DNA of 64,000 bases from assembly GCA_964406795.1 (NCBI GenBank), contig CAYOTA010000003.1:49252-113251 (forward strand), read 5' to 3'. The stretch comes from an uncultured Gammaproteobacteria bacterium (GTDB lineage Bacteria > Patescibacteriota > Microgenomatia > Levybacterales > GWA1-39-11). The position numbers were made by a program, and so were the translations under genes. A model generated the notes under the pieces. That model searched no databases, was not told the origin of the DNA, and worked only from the letters and a program-made list of their open reading frames with translations. Positions within the stretch are counted from its first letter, which is position 1. The number at the start of each line of letters is the position of its first letter. This document shows, piece after piece, positions 1-10,526 of the stretch.

Positions 1-640
1 AGTTGTGGCAGCTCACTTTACGCAAGTAGATCATGATGCGGAAAATATAGTAGAGGACTTCATGACCATCGTTCCTTTTGATGAACATTCTAAAAAACAC
101 TTAACAGATCAGGTAAGAGATTTTAAAACACAACCTGAGATTGTAAATTTTCTAAAAGGACTTGTAAAACAGCTGGAAGAAAATAGGCAAAAACAATTTG
201 GAAAAGAAGCTATTAATAATGTGCTTAAAATGGTTTCTTTGACATCTATAGATAATGTATGGATGGAACACTTAACCGCTATGGAAGATTTGCGTACCGG
301 AATAGGTCTGAGAGGGTATGGTCAGCGTGATCCATTAGTTGAGTACAAAAATGAAGCGTATACTATGTTTGAACGATTACTAAATGCGATAGATGACGGT
401 ATAGCCCACAGAGCGTACAAAATAAATATACAGGCTGTTCCTCAAAAACCATTAGATGAATTAGAGGGTCACGTTCATGTTCACACAAATGCACCTGAGT
501 CAGAAGTTAGTGCCAGTAATAAGCCCGTTAAGTCAGCTCATAAAAAATCAGATGAAGATAGTAAGAAAAAGTTAGGCCGCAATGACCCATGCTGGTGCGG
601 AAGTGGAAAAAAGTATAAAAAATGTCACTATCCTAACTAG
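1..640 (+). CDS. secA: Preprotein translocase SecA, C-terminal fragment (5' part lies outside window)
   Basis: ORF open at window edge; C-terminal zinc-binding tail CWCGSGKKYKKCH characteristic of SecA. Confidence 0.8.
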   Translation, partial: VVAAHFTQVDHDAENIVEDFMTIVPFDEHSKKHLTDQVRDFKTQPEIVNFLKGLVKQLEENRQKQFGKEAINNVLKMVSLTSIDNVWMEHLTAMEDLRTGIGLRGYGQRDPLVEYKNEAYTMFERLLNAIDDGIAHRAYKINIQAVPQKPLDELEGHVHVHTNAPESEVSASNKPVKSAHKKSDEDSKKKLGRNDPCWCGSGKKYKKCHYPN

Positions 641-777
641 ATGCATTTTTTTCTTACAGATAAGAAATGTCATTACCCTAATTAATTAGGTACACTTCTT
701 TACTTCGGATAAAAAATTTCACTATACCAATTGGAGAATAAGCTGGTTGTTCCCAAAATGCCTGTATGGTTTTTATA

Positions 778-1356
778 TTAAATTTTTACATTTAGTGAGG
801 CGAGGTCTTTCATGAGTGCTTCGTCCGTTGTGTAGAGAAGTCCTTTCATCCCAATGTTATTTGCACCCTCTACATTAATCTGTCTGTCATCTATAAAAAC
901 AGATTCGGATGGCTTCACTCCTAGCCTTTCAAGCATAATATGGAAGATTTTTGAATCTGGCTTAATTACTTTTTCTTTCGATGAGATTACAATTTCATCA
1001 AAATAAACAGCTAGATTATGAGAAGTAATTGTGTGGGTAATCCATTCGGTTATGTGGTTTGTTAAAAGGCCGATTTTATAATTTTTTCTTAATTTCTTAA
1101 GTAGTTGAATCATAGAGGGGTTAATGGTAATGAGACTAAATATCTCAGGCCAAACGTCTTCAGGGTTTTTCCCTGTATCTTTACCTAAAATTCGTGAGAA
1201 TTCAGCTGCGCTTATTTTCCCACTGTCTACCTGATAAGATAGGTCTAAATAAATTTGTTTTTTATTATTAAAATCTGGAATGTTTTCTGACAGCCATATC
1301 ATGAAGCTTTCAGTTGCGATAACGCCAGCAAAGTCAAAAATAATTGCCTTAATCAT
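778..1356 (-). CDS. HAD-superfamily hydrolase (beta-phosphoglucomutase-like phosphatase)
   Basis: N-terminal DFAGV (DxDGT/V-like) HAD motif I, C-terminal DD motif region; 192 aa. Confidence 0.65.
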   Translation of the reverse strand: MIKAIIFDFAGVIATESFMIWLSENIPDFNNKKQIYLDLSYQVDSGKISAAEFSRILGKDTGKNPEDVWPEIFSLITINPSMIQLLKKLRKNYKIGLLTNHITEWITHTITSHNLAVYFDEIVISSKEKVIKPDSKIFHIMLERLGVKPSESVFIDDRQINVEGANNIGMKGLLYTTDEALMKDLASLNVKI

Positions 1357-2435
1357 ATCTTCATTCTTGCACCTTTTTTATAAATATTCAACACCTTTTT
1401 GGTTTTTTGTTTTTTAATGTTTTCTTTATAAAATTCAATTGCTGGTGTAGGGGTGGGATTTTGACTATATAACATTGAAAGATGAAAAGATATTAAAGAC
1501 GAAATAAAAAGCCCTTTTAGTATTAGCTCAGATTTGCTGCTTGCTTTAATTTTAATTTTAACGAGACGTAAATTATTAAGCAATAAGTATTTACTTAAAA
1601 TTTCAAGATCATTAAAATCTTCCAATTGAAGTAGATCACTGGTTAGCACACAAAAAGCCGTAGGTGATTTTTTGGGATTCCTTATTCCTTCTCCAATATG
1701 GTGCATAGCTTCAGGAACAAGAGCTAATGAGGAGAATTGTTTTGAGTTCCAGTTTAACTGTTTTTGCAATAATTCAGCATTCCCAGTTAGCGTGCCACCA
1801 GATAATACATACACATGATGCTGTTTAAGTTTTTGAGAATACCTCTCTGCTTGTTTTTCTAACGCTTTTATATTTAGTGAATTTATGATTTGAATTGTAG
1901 TGGGGATAGTACCTTTAGGTAGCTTCAATACCTGTAGCTTATTCAGCAGCTTGAGATAGATGCCATATGAGAATCCTATAGTCATTCTGGGCTGCTGACA
2001 TGGATTTAGTAATGTTTTATCCAGTTTATATATGAAATGCGCCTTATTTTTAAGTATATTCATTAATTCGCCTCCGGTTGTAATGCCAACTGTTATGCAT
2101 CCCTGCTTGACTGCATCCCTTGCACATTGCAATGTTTCGATAGAGCTACCTGAATAACTTGATAAAATTACTAGAGTATTTTTGTTTGCCCAGGTCGGTA
2201 TAGATGGTGTATTAACGCAGAAAGTAGGTTTTGCGAGATACTCTGAATATAAAGATTCAATTAGCTTATAAGCAATTAATGAGCTTCCCATTCCAACAAT
2301 AATTACGGAGTCGATTCTCGTACTGGGGGCATGGAGTGATGTGAATTGAATATCATTTAATGCATGATTTATTTGCTTTCCAAAATATAGAATTGAGCTT
2401 CGCATATCATTTTCATCATGTATAAAAGTTCTCAT
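1353..2435 (-). CDS. Double-SIS-domain phosphosugar isomerase (PGI/PMI- or AgaS-like)
   Basis: Two SIS-like segments with GxGSS-type motifs (VGMGSSL, SSYSGSS); 4-nt overlap with flanking genes suggests operon. Confidence 0.55.
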   Translation of the reverse strand: MRTFIHDENDMRSSILYFGKQINHALNDIQFTSLHAPSTRIDSVIIVGMGSSLIAYKLIESLYSEYLAKPTFCVNTPSIPTWANKNTLVILSSYSGSSIETLQCARDAVKQGCITVGITTGGELMNILKNKAHFIYKLDKTLLNPCQQPRMTIGFSYGIYLKLLNKLQVLKLPKGTIPTTIQIINSLNIKALEKQAERYSQKLKQHHVYVLSGGTLTGNAELLQKQLNWNSKQFSSLALVPEAMHHIGEGIRNPKKSPTAFCVLTSDLLQLEDFNDLEILSKYLLLNNLRLVKIKIKASSKSELILKGLFISSLISFHLSMLYSQNPTPTPAIEFYKENIKKQKTKKVLNIYKKGARMKI

Positions 2436-4060
2436 AGTATGTCCTCCTTCCAGGCTAAGTAGTCTCCAATGGCAAGATAATCAATGTCAGTTTTTAAGAA
2501 GGTTGATACAGCGTCAGCCGGTGTTTCCACGATTGGTTCATTGTCGTTAAATGATGTATTTAGAATAACTGGTATTGTGGTTAGAGCATAAAACTCCTTT
2601 ATTAAATTATGGAAGATATCATTATCTTCAGCCGTTGTAGTCTGCAGTCTTCCTGTTCCATCAACATGTGTTACAGATGGTATTTTTTTTCTTGCAGTTT
2701 TTTTAATAGGTATAACATATAACATAAATGGTGAAGGAACAGGAAAGTTAAAATAATCTTTCATGTGTTCCAACATGCAACTTGGAGCAAATGGTCTAAA
2801 AGTTTCTCTGTGCTTTACTCGTTTATTCAGTATTTGCTTCATTTTTGGATTACGTGGGTCACAAAGAATACTTCTGTGTCCTAGAGACCTTGGCCCAAAT
2901 TCGCTTCCACCCTGAAACCATCCAAGTATTTTTCCATCAGCTAGAATCTTCGCGGCTATTTTTGCTATATTTTTTTCTTTTTTAAATAGCAATTTCTTTC
3001 TTGGGATTATTTTTGCAACATTTGCAAAAGGATCTCTGCTTAGAGCTTGTAGTATTTCCTTTTCTGAATAAGATCTTCCTAGATAATCAGATTTTAATAC
3101 TTGTTTTGGGATATGTCCTGAAATTACTTGGTGTCCATATAGCGCATTCCCTATTGGTTGACCCCTATCAGATGCTGCTGGAAGTATAAAAATTTCATCA
3201 ACAATTTTATTTTGAATCAACTTGGCATTAATGCTTGAATTAAGCGCAACCCCTCCTGCCAGACAAAGATTACGTTTTCCCGTCTTTTTTACGAGTTCTT
3301 TAATAAGTTTTAGAACCGCAATCTCTGTTTGTTCCTGGATAAAAGAGGCTACACGTTTTCCACTAGTAGATTTTCCTAGTGAATATGGACTTCCAAAGTC
3401 AAGACCCTCCTTTAGTTGATAATTTACAGCTCCCAGTTCATACTTTTCTTTGAGGTTGCTCTCTATTTTTGTTTTGTGCATTTTATATAAGCTGCTATTA
3501 ATGTTTGAAGGTCTTCCATAAGGGGCAAGACCCATTGTTTTCCCTGCATCTTGATCTGTCCATCCTATAAAATTCGTAAACGCCTCGTATGTTCTTCCTA
3601 TTCCCCTTGCTGTCGCTCTCCTGCGGTTGTTTCCTCCAATTTTAGTCAGTTTTTGTCCTTCAGCAATGTAGTAACTTTCTGTTGTGTTATTATTTCCTTC
3701 ACCATCAAGAATAACGACAAGAGAATCGTTAAAAGGTGAAAGAAAGTATACGCTATATGCGTGGGAAAGATGATGGTCTACATTTAAGAATTTGTTTGGT
3801 TCTATTCCTAATGCTTTTAGCTCTCCCATGTAACCTGATGGGAGAGGTTTTCCGTAAGAACTAAAGACAATTTTTGTTACTTCACCTATGTTAATTTTTG
3901 CTGCATTTAAGCAATAAAAAAATGAATTTAGATATCCCGATGAGTAGCGTTTTCTGTTTAGTCTTTCTTCAGATATTGCATACTTAAGTTTTCCATTTAC
4001 AACAATTGCTGCGCCGCCGTCATGTCCCGTATTAACACCTATTACAATTATTTTTTTCAT
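2432..4060 (-). CDS. Carbamoyltransferase, NodU/CmcH family
   Basis: N-terminal GHDGGAAIV Kae1/HypF-like fold; length 542 aa and overall pattern typical of NodU/CmcH O-carbamoyltransferases. Confidence 0.75.
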   Translation of the reverse strand: MKKIIVIGVNTGHDGGAAIVVNGKLKYAISEERLNRKRYSSGYLNSFFYCLNAAKINIGEVTKIVFSSYGKPLPSGYMGELKALGIEPNKFLNVDHHLSHAYSVYFLSPFNDSLVVILDGEGNNNTTESYYIAEGQKLTKIGGNNRRRATARGIGRTYEAFTNFIGWTDQDAGKTMGLAPYGRPSNINSSLYKMHKTKIESNLKEKYELGAVNYQLKEGLDFGSPYSLGKSTSGKRVASFIQEQTEIAVLKLIKELVKKTGKRNLCLAGGVALNSSINAKLIQNKIVDEIFILPAASDRGQPIGNALYGHQVISGHIPKQVLKSDYLGRSYSEKEILQALSRDPFANVAKIIPRKKLLFKKEKNIAKIAAKILADGKILGWFQGGSEFGPRSLGHRSILCDPRNPKMKQILNKRVKHRETFRPFAPSCMLEHMKDYFNFPVPSPFMLYVIPIKKTARKKIPSVTHVDGTGRLQTTTAEDNDIFHNLIKEFYALTTIPVILNTSFNDNEPIVETPADAVSTFLKTDIDYLAIGDYLAWKEDIL

Positions 4061-5145
4061 TTTGATATATATCTCCTTTTTAGTAGATCTGCAGCATGAG
4101 TAAGAGAACTTGGGTCTTTAGGGTCTCTTAAATATAGATACTGTATGTTTGGTGTTTGAGTTAGATTTTGAGAAAAAAGATTATCAACTTGACCTTTATG
4201 TACTGTAGATTCAATATTCCAGTATCCTATTTCTTCTGCTATGTATAACGGGTTTTTCTGAAGCTGTTTTGTTAAATCGGCTTTTCCTTCTTCCCCGAAA
4301 AGAGTTCGGCCATATTGTGCAGGATTTTGAATTGAAGCTAAGGGAGATATACAGATAAACTCTTCAATTTCATACGGTCTTTTAATATCTGCCCAGATAG
4401 ATGGGTCGAAGCGTATCATTTCAGTAATATAAATTTGCGCCTGCATAATTGCTGGATTAACCCTGTCATAGTCGTCAATTAATTTTCTTGCAGAGCTTCT
4501 GGATATATCAAATGCAAAGTCTTCTCTAGTTCCAGATGTTGCAGCTGCAACGAGTCTGTGGTTTTGCCCCGAACTTACAAATGTCACATCACCCGCAAGC
4601 AATTTGATTCCTCCGCTTTTATTGGGAGTAACATCAATTGTATTATTTTCATCTAGTCTTTTTTGCTCGAGTCTTTCCATAAGTATTCTGGATGGAACTT
4701 TTTGGTTAGGTGGTATGCCCAAAGATTTTCGTATGTCATTTTCAATAGGCGTAATTCCTAGAAGTTGTAAAGTAATCGTTGATTTCCCCATTGTGTATGA
4801 AGTTTCCCCTTGATGCACATGGTCTTCAATTATTGTGATTGCTTTGCCTCCTATAATTACTGTAGGCGCAATAATGTCTATAGCAGGTCCTGTAATATTA
4901 TCTAAGATTTCAGGACCTGGTTGCATAGGCTGATTTGCTGGTTTTTTGTCTGTATTTTTATGTATATTTCCTATGCCTTCGTAAAATTTGGCTTGAGATC
5001 TTCTAAACAGTTCAGCTTCAGTTCCTATTGCGTACCTACTTCCTAACGCAGAATGCCAAGTGAGTGCGGGGAGTCTATTTCTTCCTTCATTGTCCATGAG
5101 GAGAGGATGATGTGTGTATGTCTCCATTGTTTTAATAACTTCCAC
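4057..5145 (-). CDS. Hypothetical protein co-transcribed with carbamoyltransferase
   Basis: 362-aa ORF, 4-nt overlap with downstream gene; no family recognised. Confidence 0.4.
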   Translation of the reverse strand: MEVIKTMETYTHHPLLMDNEGRNRLPALTWHSALGSRYAIGTEAELFRRSQAKFYEGIGNIHKNTDKKPANQPMQPGPEILDNITGPAIDIIAPTVIIGGKAITIIEDHVHQGETSYTMGKSTITLQLLGITPIENDIRKSLGIPPNQKVPSRILMERLEQKRLDENNTIDVTPNKSGGIKLLAGDVTFVSSGQNHRLVAAATSGTREDFAFDISRSSARKLIDDYDRVNPAIMQAQIYITEMIRFDPSIWADIKRPYEIEEFICISPLASIQNPAQYGRTLFGEEGKADLTKQLQKNPLYIAEEIGYWNIESTVHKGQVDNLFSQNLTQTPNIQYLYLRDPKDPSSLTHAADLLKRRYISK

Positions 5146-5218
5146 TGCATATTACACCTCTATTGTTTAAAAAACAAGCGTGCTTGACTTCTCTTGAATA
5201 TTACTGAAGAATAATATT

Positions 5219-6100
5219 GTGGGAGACTCGTCATTATTTCAGGATTTAAAAACCAAATTTTCTCAAAAGCACGAAGACATAAAATCAAGTGTTCTAGAAA
5301 AGCATAAAAATTCCCTAGCCCTTATAACAAATTATCCAGCTCAGATTTCAGCTGGGGTTATGGGAGCGGCCCTCTTGGTAACCAATTCGCTTCCAGTTTT
5401 ACCCACAAACTCATTAGTTGACAATAAATCAATGGTAGTTGAGTCATCCGTTTTAAATCCTACAGGATTTCTTATATCTAATTTACAGAGGGTGTTGCCT
5501 CACGAAGTTCGCCCTTTATCAACTGATGAAGAAAAAAATGTTGCAGAAATTTTGTCCAGAGATTTTAAAATGCCGGTTTCAGCGGAATTAGAAGGAATAA
5601 AACTTAATAGATCATATGGTTTAATTGGTGCAGAGCAGCATCTAGCGCGTTACCCTGGGGACAACATGGCAACACATTTTGATAACACTGAGGATTCTCA
5701 AAAGTACTACTCATCTGGAATGGCTCCTGGATTGGGGGCGTGGGGATATTTTGCGCCAAGTAGTTATGACTTAACAAAGGAAGATATTGACCGCGAAAAG
5801 TATTATATTGCAACGCAGACATTTTTGGCTTCCGGATTTGATGAAAACGTATACAAATATATAACTTTTTTTAAGCACAGAAAAATGTTAGTTGTTAATC
5901 CTCAAAATGGGAAAGCTATGGTAGTAGTTATTGGAGACGCAGGTCCAGGGCGCTCTACGGGAAAACATTTGGGTGGTTCTCCTGAAGTTATGAAATATTT
6001 AGAACGTGTAGATGGCGCGCAAAAGGGTCCAGTGTTATACTTTTTTGTGGATGACCCGGAAGACACAATTCCTTTAGGACCTATAGAAATACAAAGATAA
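5219..6100 (+). CDS. RlpA-like double-psi beta-barrel domain protein (putative secreted cell-wall protein)
   Basis: C-terminal VVNPQNGKAMVVVIGDAGPGRSTGKHLGGSPEVM resembles RlpA/expansin DPBB signature; start codon uncertain (GTG). Confidence 0.4.
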   Translation: MGDSSLFQDLKTKFSQKHEDIKSSVLEKHKNSLALITNYPAQISAGVMGAALLVTNSLPVLPTNSLVDNKSMVVESSVLNPTGFLISNLQRVLPHEVRPLSTDEEKNVAEILSRDFKMPVSAELEGIKLNRSYGLIGAEQHLARYPGDNMATHFDNTEDSQKYYSSGMAPGLGAWGYFAPSSYDLTKEDIDREKYYIATQTFLASGFDENVYKYITFFKHRKMLVVNPQNGKAMVVVIGDAGPGRSTGKHLGGSPEVMKYLERVDGAQKGPVLYFFVDDPEDTIPLGPIEIQR

Positions 6101-6215
6101 TATGAAATCACAATGTTACTTTTTGAGCTTGCGAAAAAAGGAAGGTTCCGAAGCATAGCGAGTGGTTCTTACTTTTTGAGCTTGTGATAAAAGCATAATT
6201 GTATACAAAAATATT

Positions 6216-6548
6216 ATGATAAAAAAGCAATTTTACAGTCATTTACTAGAGATAGAATTCTTACATGCAGAGTTGGACACACTGGATTTATCTGAATCTG
6301 AAAAAGATGAATTAAAAAAACACGTACATGGAGGTGTGCATTATATTGCACTAGATATTGTGTTGTCAGAATTAGCTCCAGAACACAAAACAACTTTTAT
6401 AAAGCATTTGAATCAAGAAAGTCACGACGAATTATGGGCACACTTAAAAGAAAATACACAGGATATAGAAGAGAAATTAAAAGTAGGAATTCGCAAAATT
6501 ATTCAGGAATTTTATAATGATGTAAAGAAGATTAAAGAAAAGGCTTGA
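6216..6548 (+). CDS. Hypothetical protein
   Basis: 110-aa ORF, no recognised domain. Confidence 0.3.
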   Translation: MIKKQFYSHLLEIEFLHAELDTLDLSESEKDELKKHVHGGVHYIALDIVLSELAPEHKTTFIKHLNQESHDELWAHLKENTQDIEEKLKVGIRKIIQEFYNDVKKIKEKA

Positions 6549-6583
6549 TTTCTGGAAAGTAATATGGGAGAATAATCAAAATC

Positions 6584-7294
6584 ATGGCAACAAGAACTAC
6601 AAAAAACGCAACAAAGAAGGTGGCAGTGCGCAAAAAAACAACTTCAAAAACAAGTGTTTCGTCCCCTGTGGTTGAAAAAACATCTACTAAATCTAATTCT
6701 TCAATTAAACAATATATAACAAAAAGAAATGGAATTATTCTTTTGGCAATCTTTTTGTTAGCATTTGCAATTTATTTCTTCAGAGATTTATTTGTTGCAG
6801 CAACTGTAAATGGTCAGCCTATTTCCAGACTTCAGGTAGTACAAGAGCTTGAAAAACAAAACGGGAAGCAGACGCTTGAGTCATTAGTCACAAAAAATCT
6901 TATCTTACAGGAAATGGAAAAAAAGAATATTACTGTTACAAATGAAGAAGTAACATCTGAAATTAAAAAAATAGAAAGTGCATTAAAAGCTCAGAATAGA
7001 TCCTTATCTGATGCACTGTCCCAGCAAGGATTGAGTAGGCCAGAGCTTGAAGATCAATTAAAAATCCAAAAAATGATTGAAAAATTATTTTCAAAAGACG
7101 CTGTTGTGTCTGATAAAGAAGTAAATGCATACATAGAAAAAAATAAAGATGCACTTCCAACAGATCAAGAGGAAAGCGCTTTAAAGGCAACCATTAAGGA
7201 ACAATTAAAGCAGCAAAAGCTGACCACAAAGTTCCAGTCATGGTTAGAAGGAATTCAGAAACAGGCGAAAATCAACTACTACGTGAAATATTAA
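6584..7294 (+). CDS. SurA N-terminal-domain-like membrane-anchored chaperone
   Basis: Lys-rich N-terminus, single TM helix, then helical segment resembling the SurA N-terminal chaperone domain, no PPIase domain. Confidence 0.45.
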   Translation: MATRTTKNATKKVAVRKKTTSKTSVSSPVVEKTSTKSNSSIKQYITKRNGIILLAIFLLAFAIYFFRDLFVAATVNGQPISRLQVVQELEKQNGKQTLESLVTKNLILQEMEKKNITVTNEEVTSEIKKIESALKAQNRSLSDALSQQGLSRPELEDQLKIQKMIEKLFSKDAVVSDKEVNAYIEKNKDALPTDQEESALKATIKEQLKQQKLTTKFQSWLEGIQKQAKINYYVKY

Positions 7295-7366
7295 TTAACG
7301 GAGCAGGAGTACCCGAATACTACGTAAGTCTTAAATCTCCGGTTTCATAAATTCTGATACAATACC

Positions 7367-9091
7367 TTGGTGAAGAAGTTATTGCTTGCTGCATTTCCAT
7401 TTATTTTTATCATTGGTCTTTCGTTATTTGCCTCTCAAAAACTTTTCAATCCACTTTTCTATACTTCTCATGATGGAGAGGGACATGTAATTCGGCTAAT
7501 TGAATTTAATAAAGCCTTGTCAGATGGTCAATTTCCCGTGCGTCTTGCAGGACGCGTGAATTACGGGTTATCGTATCCTTTTTTTAATTTTAACTATCCA
7601 CTCGTTTACTATACGGGTAACGCAATTTACACTCTTGGGCTTTCTTTTATTGAATCATTTAAGGCACTATTGTTTATAGCTGTTTTAATTGGTGCATTTG
7701 GAGTGTATTTTTTAGTCAAAAGATACTGTGGTGTTTTATCAGGCTTTGTATCTTCATTTTTTTATATATTTGCACCGTATACATTTTTAAATATGTATGT
7801 GCGTGCAGATGTTGCAGAGCTGTTAGGGTTATCATTTTTTATAATTTTTATTGTAAGTATAGATAGTTTTGTAAGGTCTAAAAGAAGCTATTTATTTGTT
7901 GTATTTGCATGGTCGTTATTGCTTTTGTCACATAATATTACGGCAGCTATTGGAAGTATTTTTGGATGTATATATTTTCTCCTTTTGCTAAAAAATCAAA
8001 AAAATAAAAAAAGCATATTTATGAAGTTTGTTGTTGTCGGGTTTCTTGTAACACTTCTTACTTCGTTTTTTTGGGTACCAATTTTATTTGAAACACAAAA
8101 AACTAAACTTATTGAATTAACAGAAGACTATAAACATTTCTTTCCTACCATTCAAGAACTTATATATTCTCCATGGGGATTTGGTCCATTTAAAGAAGGT
8201 ATAAATCCGGGAAAAATGTCGCCGCAATTAGGAATTGTTCACTCATTAGTTTTTTTGATCAGTATTCCAATTTTGGTACTGTTATTATTAAAAAAGAAAA
8301 TAGATAACAAGAAAATATTTCTTATGACATTTTTAGGTATTGGACTATTTAGTTTTTTTATAGCTTCTCCATTTTCAGAATTTCTTTGGGACTTACTTCT
8401 ACCATTACGTTTTGTACAAATTCCTTGGCGTCTTGTCGGGTATGTTAGTATTTCCTCATCAATTTTTGCAGGGTATTTGCTATATGTAATAAAAAACAAA
8501 AAATTAAAAATTTTAGTATCAGTACTTCTTTTTATATTGTTACTGTATGCATCCAGAAACCAAATACGCGTTAATCAATATATATCGTTTAATAATCCTT
8601 TTGAAAATTCTTTAACATACGGGCCCAGTACAACTTCTAAAGATGAGCATATGCCGCGTCACGCGCCAAGAATTTTTGAGCAACCACCTGAAGGAGACTT
8701 GTTTGCAAGCACTTCGGGCACATTTACACGAGAGGTTTGGAAATCCAATTATCACAAGTTTTCACTTAATTTAACACAAGACGCAGAGTTTCGGGATAAT
8801 ACGTCATACTTTCCTGGTTGGGAAGTTTATATAGATGGTAAAAAAGCCACTTTGCTTTACGCAAAAGATGAATATTATAGATTGCGAGTTTTAGTTCCCA
8901 AAGGGCAGCACATTGTTGAGTCAAGATTTGGAGAACCTTGGTATAGGATGGTTGCAAATATTGTAAGTATTATAACATTTACTTGTGTTGTTGGATTAGG
9001 TATTCTACAATGTGTTTTGTGGCAAAAACAAAAAAAGAAAGACTTTCCGAAATTGCAGAAGAGATCCTTTCCTGTGAAGAATGCAAAATAG
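7367..9091 (+). CDS. Polytopic membrane protein, possible GT-C-fold glycosyltransferase
   Basis: 574 aa, >10 predicted TM helices, large first extracytoplasmic loop; TTG/GTG start. Confidence 0.4.
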   Translation: MVKKLLLAAFPFIFIIGLSLFASQKLFNPLFYTSHDGEGHVIRLIEFNKALSDGQFPVRLAGRVNYGLSYPFFNFNYPLVYYTGNAIYTLGLSFIESFKALLFIAVLIGAFGVYFLVKRYCGVLSGFVSSFFYIFAPYTFLNMYVRADVAELLGLSFFIIFIVSIDSFVRSKRSYLFVVFAWSLLLLSHNITAAIGSIFGCIYFLLLLKNQKNKKSIFMKFVVVGFLVTLLTSFFWVPILFETQKTKLIELTEDYKHFFPTIQELIYSPWGFGPFKEGINPGKMSPQLGIVHSLVFLISIPILVLLLLKKKIDNKKIFLMTFLGIGLFSFFIASPFSEFLWDLLLPLRFVQIPWRLVGYVSISSSIFAGYLLYVIKNKKLKILVSVLLFILLLYASRNQIRVNQYISFNNPFENSLTYGPSTTSKDEHMPRHAPRIFEQPPEGDLFASTSGTFTREVWKSNYHKFSLNLTQDAEFRDNTSYFPGWEVYIDGKKATLLYAKDEYYRLRVLVPKGQHIVESRFGEPWYRMVANIVSIITFTCVVGLGILQCVLWQKQKKKDFPKLQKRSFPVKNAK

Positions 9092-9573
9092 ATAGAGTAG
9101 GTGTTGCGGTAGTAGGTGAAGGAAACGCTGATGCTGACGTAGTGTTTATTGGAGAAGCGCCTGGAAAAACAGAAGCTGAAATAGGAAGACCGTTTATAGG
9201 CAGGTCTGGAAAATTACTCAGAAGTCTGATTATTGCATCAGGATTAAAAGAGGAAGATGTGTACATAACAAGTCCCGTAAAATATTTGCCTGTGTACGTA
9301 ACTCCCAAACCTTCAGACATCACACATGGCAGAATTCATTTAGAAAAACAATTAAATGTTATAGAGCCAAAGTATATTGTGCTCTTAGGAAATACAGCAA
9401 TTACAGCGGTAATTGGAAAAAAGATACCCGCTTTAACTTCACATGGTACCACAATTCGAGAAGGAAACAGGACTTATTACCTAACAATTCATCCGGCTGC
9501 CGCAATTAGATTTCAGAAATTTAAAAAAGTAATAGAGGAAGATTTTATAAAACTCAAAAAATTACTTGGGTGA
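9010..9573 (+). CDS. Uracil-DNA glycosylase, family 4
   Basis: Motifs CxxC and GEGNADADVVFIGEAPGKTE...GRPFIGRSGKLL typical of family-4 UDG; start uncertain because 5' part overlaps upstream ORF (track start 8983). Confidence 0.75.
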   Translation: MCFVAKTKKERLSEIAEEILSCEECKIDRVGVAVVGEGNADADVVFIGEAPGKTEAEIGRPFIGRSGKLLRSLIIASGLKEEDVYITSPVKYLPVYVTPKPSDITHGRIHLEKQLNVIEPKYIVLLGNTAITAVIGKKIPALTSHGTTIREGNRTYYLTIHPAAAIRFQKFKKVIEEDFIKLKKLLG

Positions 9574-9915
9574 TTTTTCGTGGTCGGAAAGATACTTGTG
9601 TTCAATTTTTTTAAGCTTGTCTCCAACCGCACGGTCTATATCCACTCCTGCTGCTACTGCCAACTGGATGGTGGTAATTATAACATCTGCAAACTCTTCA
9701 TACATGTGAGTTTTATTAAACTTATCTAATTTTGATTTTCTCTGTAATTTTAGTATTGCCAGGATATCGTTGCAAAGTTCTCCTACTTCTTCGTTCAGTT
9801 TTACCGTTTTAGTTAATACCTCTTTTTCAAGAGGGGAATACAGCTTGTAGTGGGGCTTTGTTTTATCATTTAGTTCTTTTACTCGTTCCTGAAGACTTTT
9901 GAGATTCATGTGCAT
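9562..9915 (-). CDS. MazG-like nucleotide pyrophosphohydrolase
   Basis: EExGEL and EFADV motifs of MazG/NTP-PPase fold; 117 aa. Confidence 0.65.
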   Translation of the reverse strand: MHMNLKSLQERVKELNDKTKPHYKLYSPLEKEVLTKTVKLNEEVGELCNDILAILKLQRKSKLDKFNKTHMYEEFADVIITTIQLAVAAGVDIDRAVGDKLKKIEHKYLSDHEKSPK

Positions 9916-9953
9916 AGTATATCACGTTTATAAATACGTGATACAATTATTAC

Positions 9954-10349
9954 ATGAGGCGAAAAATTGAGAAAGATGAAGGATTTACTGATGGGGAAGT
10001 GGTTGAGAGGTGGAGCGGTAAGAGAATTATTTTGGGACTGACATTATTGGTAATTTTACTAGTTGGGTCCATTATGTTTATTTCAAATCTTCAGGAAAAA
10101 ACCTCACAAGTTTTAGGATCTAGGACACAGCTGGAAAAAGCTGCCTTGGAGCAGGACATAAAACTTCCATCAAAAGAGGCAGCAGAAGACTTACTTGAAA
10201 CAGCAAAAAAAGAATTAAGTAATTTGACTCCCGAACAGGCTTCAAATTCAGGAGATATACTAACCAAAATAATTCAAGATATCCAAAAAATTAAAGACGG
10301 AGAAACTACTCCTCTTGATACACTGTGTAGTGTGGTGTGTGGAAACTAA
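9954..10349 (+). CDS. Hypothetical membrane-anchored protein
   Basis: Single TM helix then charged region. Confidence 0.3.
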   Translation: MRRKIEKDEGFTDGEVVERWSGKRIILGLTLLVILLVGSIMFISNLQEKTSQVLGSRTQLEKAALEQDIKLPSKEAAEDLLETAKKELSNLTPEQASNSGDILTKIIQDIQKIKDGETTPLDTLCSVVCGN

Positions 10350-10526
10350 CTCTTCCACTTTTCAACCGTAAAAAGTGGAGCAAAAACTCTCGTCACCATC
10401 CCGTTCATGCATTTCAGAATTCGATTTTTCACTGAAAGGGCCGGAGAATACCTTTCCCCTTTCCGGGCGTTCAAAATCTCATTCCTCCAAGCTTTCACGG
10501 TTTGAAGTGACGAATATGTATTTACA

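Noticed and set aside
3001-3739. Three short plus-strand ORFs (3001-3189, 3222-3419, 3551-3739)
   Set aside because: They lie entirely antisense within the well-supported carbamoyltransferase gene; low-complexity products, no RBS.
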